Below, one piece after another: positions 1 through 8,397 of a stretch of 39,799 nt of DNA. How positions within the stretch are numbered: the stretch's first letter is position 1; the number at the start of each line of letters is the position of its first letter. The position numbers and the translations under genes were made by a program. The notes under the pieces were generated by a model. The model saw only the letters and a list, made by a program, of their open reading frames with translations, searched no databases and was not told the origin of the DNA. This DNA is from a virus (lineage: Duplodnaviria > Caudoviricetes): positions 1 through 39,799 of IMG/VR virus record IMGVR_UViG_3300045580_000289, one strand, 5' to 3'.

Positions 1-140
1 ATGTCCGAGACATTGTGCGAGCCAGCCGACCAATGGAGGATGATCCGCTTCATGCTCACGCGGCAGGCTCCGCGGGAACGTAATAGCTCATCCCCCCCGC
101 CCAGATGCGCCGGGGGTTGTCTACGGTGGCGGGGTCCACC
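1..140 (+). repeat. Terminal overlap copy 1 (matches 39660-39799)
   Basis: 1-126 identical to 39660-39785; mismatches at 127, 128 and 137. Confidence 0.97.
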
Positions 141-451
141 CACTCGACGCCAGGGCCGCCTTGAGCCAGCACGGCGAGGTCGTGGCCCTGCTGGACGTAG
201 CCCTCGGGCACGGGGTCGGGAAGCGGGCCGGACACCTGAGTGACACGCACGTTCACATGGTGCCTGTCGTCCATCACCGCTGGCGTGACGATCTCGCCGT
301 CAGGGCCGATCACCGCAGGGGTCACGACGATGGGGCCGATCTCGTCGATGTAGCAGCCAAGCGGGCGTCCCTCGTCATCGGTGAGCGCCATGTCGGAGGC
401 GTAGGCGTCCCAAGCGGCTTTCGTGTCGGCGCGGTACATTAGATCAGACAT
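56..451 (-). CDS. Fibre-associated protein (putative fibre tip partner or chaperone), 131 aa
   Basis: Start overlaps fibre stop at 451; stop overlaps amidase GTG start across the junction; internal VTPAV repeat. Confidence 0.65.
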   Translation of the reverse strand: MSDLMYRADTKAAWDAYASDMALTDDEGRPLGCYIDEIGPIVVTPAVIGPDGEIVTPAVMDDRHHVNVRVTQVSGPLPDPVPEGYVQQGHDLAVLAQGGPGVEWVDPATVDNPRRIWAGGMSYYVPAEPAA

Positions 452-2745
452 CAGACGGTCCTCGCTTGGAGTTCGCTGTCAGAAATGCGGCGTGGCAGAT
501 AGGTGATTTGCCTAATCCAGCCATTCAACGCCTCTTGGTTTGACGCATACGTTCCTATAGTGAGCATCGTGGCTGCGGCAGGCATCGTTACCGTAGTGTC
601 CGGCGTGCCGAGCGTTCCGTTGAGAGCAGCATTCGTGTCGTTAGCCGCAACAGCCGTTCCGACTTTGAAGGTCGTGTTTGATGTAACACTTCCTAGCGCC
701 ACATTTGACTGAGTGCTTCCGCCTGAAACAACGAGCTGTCGGAGTTCTGTCGAGAGCTGCTGATTGTATAGGCCAATGCGGTTTGAAGATGTTTCATTCG
801 ACAGCAGGATGACCGATCTGAAGCCGCCTGATGTAGAAACCGACATCATCTGTGCGCTTACAACCAAGGAAGACGCGCTCGCCGAGTACGGGAACTGACT
901 GGTTGCCACGGAGGCAACATCGGCGCTGCGGGTGACGGTGGATGCGCCCGTGGGAATGTAGCTGGTGGCGAAGGATGCCGCTTCCTCAAGCTGTGCGCCG
1001 TAGATCACCGTGGAGCCTGTCGTGGCATTATTGCTAGTGCCGTTCCCAGTAGTGTTAATCGCCGCAAAACACTGGAAATACAGGGTCACATTACCCGTCG
1101 AGTTGTTCGCAGTTCTGATCTCAACTCGCCAATACGTGCCGTAATCAGTGACCACACACGTAGCTGTCGGCCCTTGGTTCCCGGTTGAGGCAGTGGCAAC
1201 ACCGGTGTTCGTGTTAATCGTGAACCCACTGACAACCGCTTGGCTGCCCCCCAAGATGTTGATCGTAAGCAAAGGGAATGAGGCAGCAGCCGTCGTCTTC
1301 CTAAAGAAAAGGCTGCCTACATAAAGCTTGCTGTCGTTGGCAACGGTATAAGGCTGGAATACAGATGAGGCGGCTGAGGCGTTGCTGTCTGTAATTGTCC
1401 ATGCGCTATTCGTAACACCATCCGGGCCAACTTGATCCTGAGCAAGTGTTGCGCCATCTATTGCTTGCCACGGGGCTGTCGTGAATGCGTTGGTGCGCCG
1501 AAGCAGATTGGTCCTCTGCTCCTCCACCAGCAACCCGCGACACGCAAGAGACGACGGATCGAAATCCCGCCGTGGCCCATGGTAAGCGCCCGCAACGGGT
1601 GCTGCGAAGGGACTGGCGACATAGGGGTCCAGCGAGGCGCTGTCGGAGAGCTGCGCGCCCCAGAGGTAGATGCCAGAGGTGCCGTTCGGGGTCCAACTTC
1701 CGGTAACAGAGCCAGAAGTATAACTATCTGGAAGAATGTAGAGCGCAAACCGCTGCGGGGTCGCTCCTGCAAACGTTGTGGAAATACGATACCAACCGTC
1801 GGATAGAGCAGCAATTTCTGGATTGGTTGGAGTAAGCCCACCTGATGTGTTGGTCGCAAGGACGCTTCCAGCACCGCTTAACAAGAAAGCTACAGAGGCA
1901 CCAGTAAACTGATCTTCTCTAAGTGCTACCTTTGTATATCCATTCGGTTTCACATAGATAGAGTGCTTTTGGCTGTTGCCCGCAGAAGATACACTCGCGT
2001 AAACAACATGAGTTCCGCTTGTTGTGTCTGGAATAATCAGGTCAGCAGTCTGAAGGCCATTGGGCGACAGCAAGGCGTTGGAGAAAGACCCAGAACCAAA
2101 TGCGAGAATGTTCAGCTTGTTCCAATAAGCATTGCTAAAGTCCTCACTGAACCCCAACAGGTTCTTCGCCGTGGTCGGGTTATACAGCGGATAGGCGCTG
2201 GTGTTCGCCTGCATGCCGCCGAGGTCGCTTCTATAACAATAACCGCCCCAAACAAGAAGGTCTGCAGCCGTCTGTGAGCTATCAGCAATAATGCCGACAG
2301 CGTAACTTCCGGCCTGACTTGCAGTAAACTCTATTGTGAATAACTGCCAAGCCGTGGTCGCTGTCTGATTGGAGGAAATTGTTGCCGTCTCATCGCCGTA
2401 TATGCGGAACGTTTGAGATGATCCGATGTTAGACTTCACCCAAAGACCAAAAGTAAACTTTTGTCCAATAGCTTGCGAAATATTTTGTTTGACGAACCAA
2501 AGACCCGCCGCGCCGACCACACGATCAGCAGTCGTTGTGCTGTTTGGCGCGGTGGCCGTATTTGCCGTAACAGTAGCCGCAGCAGTTGTGCTCTTAGTCC
2601 ATACGCTCGCATCGAACTGCTCGCTCGCCAGCAGCAGATTATGCGGAGCCCACTTGATGCGGCCATCCGCGTCCGTCACGGTCGCTAGGCTGCCGCGCGA
2701 GAAGGTGATAAGTTGAGTGGCAAAGCCGGTCGTTGTTGTCGGCAT
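451..2745 (-). CDS. Head-spike fibre / receptor-binding protein with three NLL...GAQL beta-sandwich modules and a LamG-like C-terminus, 764 aa
   Basis: FSRGSLAT...PRRDFDP...RGLLVEEQRTNLL, YGAQLE..FATSYIPT..VTRSAD, C-terminal YLPRRISDSELQ; lies downstream of spike-base gene; AGGGA 8 nt before ATG. Confidence 0.85.
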   Translation of the reverse strand: MPTTTTGFATQLITFSRGSLATVTDADGRIKWAPHNLLLASEQFDASVWTKSTTAAATVTANTATAPNSTTTADRVVGAAGLWFVKQNISQAIGQKFTFGLWVKSNIGSSQTFRIYGDETATISSNQTATTAWQLFTIEFTASQAGSYAVGIIADSSQTAADLLVWGGYCYRSDLGGMQANTSAYPLYNPTTAKNLLGFSEDFSNAYWNKLNILAFGSGSFSNALLSPNGLQTADLIIPDTTSGTHVVYASVSSAGNSQKHSIYVKPNGYTKVALREDQFTGASVAFLLSGAGSVLATNTSGGLTPTNPEIAALSDGWYRISTTFAGATPQRFALYILPDSYTSGSVTGSWTPNGTSGIYLWGAQLSDSASLDPYVASPFAAPVAGAYHGPRRDFDPSSLACRGLLVEEQRTNLLRRTNAFTTAPWQAIDGATLAQDQVGPDGVTNSAWTITDSNASAASSVFQPYTVANDSKLYVGSLFFRKTTAAASFPLLTINILGGSQAVVSGFTINTNTGVATASTGNQGPTATCVVTDYGTYWRVEIRTANNSTGNVTLYFQCFAAINTTGNGTSNNATTGSTVIYGAQLEEAASFATSYIPTGASTVTRSADVASVATSQFPYSASASSLVVSAQMMSVSTSGGFRSVILLSNETSSNRIGLYNQQLSTELRQLVVSGGSTQSNVALGSVTSNTTFKVGTAVAANDTNAALNGTLGTPDTTVTMPAAATMLTIGTYASNQEALNGWIRQITYLPRRISDSELQARTV

Positions 2746-2748
2746 CGA

Positions 2749-2991
2749 TCAAATCCCTATCGCGTAGCTGTCCACTGTGAAATCAAGACCCAGGCCGTTG
2801 TCAGCTCGGATAGGCCCGGCGCCCAGAAGCAGCTCGGCATTGGTGGCGGTGCGAACGGCATACGTGTTGCTGATGAAGTCGAGAGAGAAACCGCGCCACT
2901 CGTCATCAAGCGCGCTCACTGCGGTCCAATGACCGCCCCCGCCCGTGAGCGGTATCGCAGGCGTCGCTATGGCGCGGGCTAGTTTCACCAC
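2749..2991 (-). CDS. Small spike adaptor/anchor protein with two LDF motifs, 80 aa
   Basis: Between spike base and fibre; GFSLDF and GLGLDF motifs; in frame with fibre, separated by TGA TCG. Confidence 0.7.
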   Translation of the reverse strand: MVKLARAIATPAIPLTGGGGHWTAVSALDDEWRGFSLDFISNTYAVRTATNAELLLGAGPIRADNGLGLDFTVDSYAIGI

Positions 2992-3215
2992 TGCCTCACG
3001 AGGCCGGTGGCCGTCGTGGCGGCCATGACGTTGGTGAAACGCTGCACGATGACAGTGCCGGCGGGCACGGCGACAAACGTCACCGTCTGGCCCGCCTCGG
3101 TCTTGAGCGTGACATTACCGGCGCCGCCAACGTAGAGCGCCACGCCGAAATTATCGGCGGTATCGCTCGGCGTCACAGCCGCGGCGTTAGAAGGGATCTG
3201 GGAATTGAGCGACAT
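2985..3215 (-). CDS. Head-spike base protein (RcGTA Rcc01079-like), 76 aa
   Basis: AVTPSDT..ALYVGGAGNV..G.TVTF..VPAGT....V.A.TTATGLV..W pattern; GGAG SD. Confidence 0.85.
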   Translation of the reverse strand: MSLNSQIPSNAAAVTPSDTADNFGVALYVGGAGNVTLKTEAGQTVTFVAVPAGTVIVQRFTNVMAATTATGLVRQW

Positions 3216-3309
3216 CGCGAGCTTCTCCGGCTATCGATCGAGGGGAGATGCCCTGCCTCGAAACCGAGGCGTCGCGCACCGCTAGTTATGCCCTATTCGG
3301 GCCCGGCGA

Positions 3310-3366
3310 TCAATACTTGGGTTTGGGCTTAGAGGTCGGCTTCGGCTTCTTTTTTGAACCAAACAT
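3310..3366 (-). CDS. 18-aa Lys/Pro-rich micropeptide MFGSKKKPKPTSKPKPKY
   Basis: Strong SD TAAGGAG 6 nt before ATG 3366, directly after upstream stop. Confidence 0.5.
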   Translation of the reverse strand: MFGSKKKPKPTSKPKPKY

Positions 3367-3376
3367 GGTTTGCTCC

Positions 3377-3694
3377 TTAGTACTTGGTTGAGAGTTTCGG
3401 GTTGTCTCGGAAATACCGCCGGATGCGCTTCTGCGCCTCGGGCGTGTTCTGCAGGAGGTTGATCCCCTCCTCACGCAGGATCCGCTCGATCTCGACGTTT
3501 GGAATGGATCCCATCTTTCGAAAGGTTCGGCCCGTGGACCAGCCTGCGTTGCCCATGCTGCGCTCGTGCGCGAGCTCCTCGAGCAGCGGCTCAACGTCCT
3601 CGGTCTTGCGGATCAGAAGCTTCTGCTCCTTCCAATCCCAATGCTCCTCGACAAGCTGACCCGTGAGAGGGTCGATGTACCTGGTATCAGGCAA
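3377..3694 (-). CDS. Conserved head-module hypothetical protein (start uncertain)
   Basis: EDVEPLLE...GSIP.VEIE....EGI...NPKL pattern typical downstream of the capsid gene; TTG start overlapping upstream stop. Confidence 0.7.
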   Translation of the reverse strand: MPDTRYIDPLTGQLVEEHWDWKEQKLLIRKTEDVEPLLEELAHERSMGNAGWSTGRTFRKMGSIPNVEIERILREEGINLLQNTPEAQKRIRRYFRDNPKLSTKY

Positions 3695-3962
3695 GGTCTT
3701 CCGCACCCTTGGAGCGGCGCGTGGAGGCCTTCGCAACGGCCGTCACGATCGCCGTAGCGGCCTTCTCCATGGCAGCAGTCTCGATGGACTGGCGCGGCGG
3801 GCCCATGTCAGGCACCGGAGAGAGTTCGGCGTCCTTCGGTGCCTCGACTGCATCACCCACGCCAACGGCGAAGGCGGCCCAGTTCTTGTCGACCTCGATG
3901 ACCGAGCCGACGCCCCAGAACACGTCCGCATAGCAGTTGGGCTTCTTGAGAATGACTTTCAT
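3687..3962 (-). CDS. Hypothetical protein downstream of capsid gene, 91 aa
   Basis: AGGAGA SD; operon position. Confidence 0.7.
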   Translation of the reverse strand: MKVILKKPNCYADVFWGVGSVIEVDKNWAAFAVGVGDAVEAPKDAELSPVPDMGPPRQSIETAAMEKAATAIVTAVAKASTRRSKGAEDLA

Positions 3963-3982
3963 GGTGTCTCCTGGTTGGGGAT

Positions 3983-4006
3983 CCTCGGGAGCCGAAGCCC
4001 CCGAGG
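3983..4006 (-). terminator. UUCG-tetraloop hairpin after major capsid gene (no U-tract; attenuator or mRNA stabiliser)
   Basis: Minus strand CCTCGGGGGC-TTCG-GCTCCCGAGG. Confidence 0.6.
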
Positions 4007-4018
4007 TACGCTGAACGA

Positions 4019-4993
4019 TTACGAGAGCGCGGTGATGATGCCGTGGGCCTTCTGGTTGCCCACCTCGAGGGTGCCCTCGTACTGGATCAGGCGGTTCTCG
4101 GTGTGGCCGGTGCGGGCCAGCTCGAGCTGCCGGGTCGGCTGAAGATCACAGATCTTCACGTACTCGGGATCGATGAGGATCATCGAAGCGGCGTTCGAAA
4201 AGCGATCAGGAATAATTTCAATCATTCCGAATTCGCTTTCATAGAAATCGACCGCATTCACGAGGCGCTTGCTGTCGGCTTCCTTGTACTTGGTGGCGTA
4301 GCCGTTGAAGGTCTTCGAGATGGTGCGCTTCACGCCCGGCCCGACGATCCCGTACTTGACCTCGCCGCCGTTGGTCCAGCAGGACTGCACGACGGTGTTG
4401 AGCATGTCCTCGCTGATGGTGCGAGCGGTGCCCGGAACGTGGGCAGCGTTCGGATAGCCATCGGTCGTGCCCGAAAGCGTCGGGGCTGCACCGGCGCCAG
4501 CGCCACGGGAGGCGTTGGTGATGATCCAGGCCTCGAGGCCGGCGAGCTTGCGGGTCGTCGCGCCCACGGCCGCGCCGGGGTTGGCGGCGACGTTCGCCAG
4601 CATGATCGTCTCCTTATCGCGCTTCAGCTCCTTCAGCTTGTAGGAGATCTGCTTCGCGATCTTCTCGACGTTCGCGGCGCCGTTCACGCGCTGGCTGGTG
4701 TCCGTCACCTTCACGACCTTGTCCATGATCTGCGTATAGTTCGCCATACGCAGGGCAGTGACGGGCGTGTCGGTGGCGGGGCTGTCCTCGCCTTCGGGCA
4801 CGGCATTGTTGGCGTCCACCGCGCCGAGCTCCACAACGGGCCACTCGTGCTTGGTGTTGGTGCAAGAGCCCTTGCCAGCAATGCTGCTGATGAAAGGCGT
4901 CTCGGTCGGGCTGATCATGTTCTCAGCGTCGGTCAGATCCTCGCGGATCGTCTTGCTGTCATAGGTTTCAAGGGCTGCGGCTGCTACGGCCAT
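4019..4993 (-). CDS. Major capsid protein (DUF5309/SU10-like family), 324 aa
   Basis: REDLTD...ISPTETPF, HEW, NYTQI..K...V..T, ELKRDKE, YESEFG, ELARTG..E...I.YEGTLEV.N.KAHG. Confidence 0.92.
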   Translation of the reverse strand: MAVAAAALETYDSKTIREDLTDAENMISPTETPFISSIAGKGSCTNTKHEWPVVELGAVDANNAVPEGEDSPATDTPVTALRMANYTQIMDKVVKVTDTSQRVNGAANVEKIAKQISYKLKELKRDKETIMLANVAANPGAAVGATTRKLAGLEAWIITNASRGAGAGAAPTLSGTTDGYPNAAHVPGTARTISEDMLNTVVQSCWTNGGEVKYGIVGPGVKRTISKTFNGYATKYKEADSKRLVNAVDFYESEFGMIEIIPDRFSNAASMILIDPEYVKICDLQPTRQLELARTGHTENRLIQYEGTLEVGNQKAHGIITALS

Positions 4994-5004
4994 GTTCGTA
5001 TTCC

Positions 5005-6057
5005 TTAAGCTCGCTTGCGCGACACCAAAAGCGTGGCGGCGACATCGTCGGGTTTGCCACTCTTCTTCGCGCGGTTGATGAGTTCAGCTCGGAGCTTCTT
5101 CTCGGAGCTCTGAGCCGGTTGAGCAGTTCCAGGCCGGATGAGCGTCTTCGGCCTCGGCTGGTCGCCGGTCGGCCTCTTCAGGCGGGCCTCGGTCTCAGCC
5201 ATCTGTTCCCGCCGCCAGGCGAGTTCAGCGAGGATGAGGACAGGCACATGGCCGTCGAGAGCATTGAGCTCGTCGTCGGTCACGCCATAGCTCTGTGCCA
5301 CCTCGCGGATCTTCCCCATAACGACTGGCGCTTTCTGGGGGTCGGCGAGGGCCGGCAGTTTTTGCAGAAGGGTGCGGGTTTCCTCCTCGACGCGCTGCGC
5401 TTTGCGTTGGGCCTCAATCTGGGCCTGCTGCGCCTGCTTCGCGGAGATCTCCTGCTGGATCTTCTGCGCCTTCTCCTGGGCATCGATGAGCTCGATCCGC
5501 TTCAGCGCATAGGCTTGCGGGTCACGGGCCCTGAGTTGCTCCAGGTCAATCTGTGGATTTGCGAATTTGTTCCAGACCTCTTGAATGGCCTGGAGGTGCT
5601 GCACTTGCTGCTCGAGCGCAACATAGGACTGCTGCGCGATCTGCTCCTGCTGCTTGCGGTACTCGACCGCCTGCTGCACCTGTTTGGCGATGTATTGCGT
5701 GCCGGAATAGCTCTGCTTCAGCTCGCGGAGCGTGACCTCGGCCGGCTGGCCGTCGACGACGACCTCGACGGTGTAATCATCCAGGTTCTCAGGCACCGCC
5801 TGCTCAGGCTGTTCCTGCTCTTCCGGGGCCTCTTCCTCGGCCTCGGCTGTCTCGGGGGCTACCTCACCGTCTGCCGGCTCGTCATCGGCCTCCGCGGCAT
5901 CCTGCTCGACCGGGGCGAAGCGCCCGTCCGCACCCCTGGATGGAGAACCAGGAGAACGTGCAGGCGCCTCGCCGCCGGCCTCGCTCGCCGCCGGGGCAGC
6001 GGCAGCAGGCGACAGAATGGCGTTAATGACCTCAGAGCTTTCCGCGTCAGGCGGCAT
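5005..6057 (-). CDS. Capsid scaffolding protein, 350 aa
   Basis: Acidic N-terminus, VDG...EVTL.EL...YS, coiled coil, KKSG..DD C-terminus; between portal and capsid. Confidence 0.88.
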   Translation of the reverse strand: MPPDAESSEVINAILSPAAAAPAASEAGGEAPARSPGSPSRGADGRFAPVEQDAAEADDEPADGEVAPETAEAEEEAPEEQEQPEQAVPENLDDYTVEVVVDGQPAEVTLRELKQSYSGTQYIAKQVQQAVEYRKQQEQIAQQSYVALEQQVQHLQAIQEVWNKFANPQIDLEQLRARDPQAYALKRIELIDAQEKAQKIQQEISAKQAQQAQIEAQRKAQRVEEETRTLLQKLPALADPQKAPVVMGKIREVAQSYGVTDDELNALDGHVPVLILAELAWRREQMAETEARLKRPTGDQPRPKTLIRPGTAQPAQSSEKKLRAELINRAKKSGKPDDVAATLLVSRKRA

Positions 6058-6283
6058 CCAGTTTCTCCATTGTGAGCTTGTTCAAATGCGCTTGAAGCCG
6101 GCCCCGCAGTCGTGCGAGGGCGATACGCTCGGCGCGCAAGGCGTCTGCCTTGACGGGGTCGAGGCAGTCCGCGATCTCATCCGCCAACTGGCGGCGCAGC
6201 TCGTCGACGGCCTCGTCGAAATGCGGCTGGTCGAGGGCCTGCTTCAGCGACTGAAGCTGCCGGATCTCGCGCTCGCCCATCAT
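6047..6283 (-). CDS. Small conserved protein between portal and scaffold, 78 aa
   Basis: Overlapping start/stop coupling on both sides; helical. Confidence 0.75.
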   Translation of the reverse strand: MMGEREIRQLQSLKQALDQPHFDEAVDELRRQLADEIADCLDPVKADALRAERIALARLRGRLQAHLNKLTMEKLDAA

Positions 6284-8397
6284 TGCGGCATACCCTGCGG
6301 CACCGGCTCAGGACGGCCGGGATAGTTGCGTTGCGCCGCCTGCTGCGCTGCAACAGCGGCCTTGGCGGCCGCGTCGAGCTGCACTTGCTGGGCCTTGATG
6401 GCGAAATCGGCGTCGGCCAGGTCGCGCTGGCGATCGTCGTCCATACGCGCCTTGACCATGTCGGTGGCGAGCTGGGTCTCGAGCTTGGCCTGCTCGATGG
6501 CGCCACGCTGCTGGATCTCGGCCGATTTGATCTGCATCTGGGCCTGAGCCTTGATCTGCTCGGCCTGCACGAGGCCGGCGCTGGGATCGGGCTGTTGGCT
6601 GGCCTGGGCCTGCATCTGGCGCATCTGAGCCGTGATCTGCTGCAGCATCTGCTCAGGCACGAGCGGCAGATAGTCCGAGACGTTGCGGATGCCGGCGAGC
6701 TTGAGCTTGTCGGAAATGGACTTGCGGAGCTGCTCCCAGCCCGCGATCGGGTTGTCGAGGCCGAGCATGCCGATGATCTGCTGCTGGACCTGAGCCACCT
6801 CGGTAAGAGCCATGGCTTTCTCGCCCACGCGCCCGTTGCCGAGGCCCACGTTGACGTTGATGGTCACCTGGTCGTGCCAGAGGTCGGGCCTGACCTCCTC
6901 AAACCCGGTCATGGTGCGAACCGACTGCGGCCCGCGCATCTCGTACATGGCCGTCCGCAGGATGCAGAGGAACAGATCCGTGACGCCTGTCTCGGCCAGG
7001 TTCCGGGCCATCATCTCGATGCGAGCGTCAGAGCCCTGCACCATGGCGCCGGCGGCTTCCTTGGGCGTTGACTGCAGCACGTCACCGGAAAGGCCCTGCG
7101 AGAGCTTGGTGACGCCCGAGCGGGCCTCGGCCACGGCCTCGAGATATTGCAGCACGGGCAGCGTCTGGCCGGCGACGAAGGGCGTCGTCAGCTCCTCGAT
7201 CATGCCCGGCGCCTTCGTGCGAACGATCGAGCCGATCTCGCCATTGATGAGATCTTGTAGGTTGACGGCCTCCTCGACCGCGGCCGTGCGCGGATTGTTC
7301 ACGAGGCCCGTGTTGTCGATGATCGACCGAAGCAGCGCCGTCTGCGCGTCCTGGTCCTGCATGAGATCTTCCGCCAGGCAGATGGGGAAGAAGCGATGCG
7401 GCTGGAGCTCGGCCTTGAACACGGCCAGCGGAATGAAATTGGCCGGCTCGTCGATCACGATCTTGTAGCCGGTGCCGACCGTGATCAGGTGGCGCAGCTC
7501 GGGGATGCCGTCGCCATCGGCATCGAGCCGGATCCAGGCCTCGCAGACGAGAACCTCGCGGCTGAAGGCGTCGGCATTGTCGACATCGCCCTCGGGATCG
7601 ACGCCGGTGCGGAGATGCGCCTCGGTGTCGAGATCCGGGTCACGATCGGCGTCGGCCAGGTCCTCAAGCGTGAGGCCCAGCGTCTGGATCGCCTCCCAGA
7701 CCTCCATGTTGATGGCCGTGCCGACGACGCGAGCGTCCTCGAGGCGGGTGGCATTGCGGCTGATGAAGAAACTCTCGGGCGGCACCGGGTCGAGATGCCA
7801 CTTGTTGCGGAAGCTCTGCTTCGTGAGCACGACGCCATAGACCTCGCCCTGCCCGTCCGGGGCTGGCATCGGCGGCGTCTGCTCAGTGATCATTTGGGTC
7901 TCGTCCGTCTGCAGCATCTGAAGCTGCTCAGGCGTCACGAGATCCTCGAACGTGTGGACGGCCACCGGCGTGCGCTCGAGGCTGACCTTGATGATGCCCA
8001 CGCGCGCCTTGAGCGCATCGGTGCAGGCCTGGATCAGAGCCTGATAGCCGCCGAACTTGTGGAAGACCTGGTTCACGAAGAGCGTCTGCTGCATGCAGAT
8101 CGTCTCGTCGGCCTCGACCTCGGAGGTGAACTCGGCAATCGTGTCGGATTGAGTGAAGACGCGCGCCAGGCTTGGCAGCACGCTCTTGACCGCGTCACGC
8201 ACGCGGGTGACGACGATCTTCGACCGGCCAGGCACTTGCTGCACGGCCGTCTTGCCGCGGTAGTAGGCATCGGCCTGCTCGCGCCAGGGGGCGATGTCCT
8301 CGTCGATGAACTCACGCGCGTCGAAGATCGCGTTCTTGACGATCGCCTGGATGTTGTCCTGCTCGAGGGGGCGCAACGTTTTCGGTGACTTGAACAT
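6280..8397 (-). CDS. P22-like portal protein
   Basis: GRSKIV...V.D.V, ECW-like EAWIRLDADGDG..ELR, RSGV, Gln-rich C-terminal barrel; ATG 8397 overlaps terL stop. Confidence 0.92.
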   Translation of the reverse strand: MFKSPKTLRPLEQDNIQAIVKNAIFDAREFIDEDIAPWREQADAYYRGKTAVQQVPGRSKIVVTRVRDAVKSVLPSLARVFTQSDTIAEFTSEVEADETICMQQTLFVNQVFHKFGGYQALIQACTDALKARVGIIKVSLERTPVAVHTFEDLVTPEQLQMLQTDETQMITEQTPPMPAPDGQGEVYGVVLTKQSFRNKWHLDPVPPESFFISRNATRLEDARVVGTAINMEVWEAIQTLGLTLEDLADADRDPDLDTEAHLRTGVDPEGDVDNADAFSREVLVCEAWIRLDADGDGIPELRHLITVGTGYKIVIDEPANFIPLAVFKAELQPHRFFPICLAEDLMQDQDAQTALLRSIIDNTGLVNNPRTAAVEEAVNLQDLINGEIGSIVRTKAPGMIEELTTPFVAGQTLPVLQYLEAVAEARSGVTKLSQGLSGDVLQSTPKEAAGAMVQGSDARIEMMARNLAETGVTDLFLCILRTAMYEMRGPQSVRTMTGFEEVRPDLWHDQVTINVNVGLGNGRVGEKAMALTEVAQVQQQIIGMLGLDNPIAGWEQLRKSISDKLKLAGIRNVSDYLPLVPEQMLQQITAQMRQMQAQASQQPDPSAGLVQAEQIKAQAQMQIKSAEIQQRGAIEQAKLETQLATDMVKARMDDDRQRDLADADFAIKAQQVQLDAAAKAAVAAQQAAQRNYPGRPEPVPQGMPQ

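Noticed and set aside
1-140. True physical direct terminal repeats of the virion DNA
   Set aside because: The repeat cuts through coding genes and its length is typical of assembler overlap; the terminase type suggests headful packaging
451-2745. Diversity-generating retroelement acting on the fibre
   Set aside because: No reverse transcriptase ORF and no near-identical TR/VR pair differing at adenines; the shared peptide copies differ at synonymous sites of all kinds
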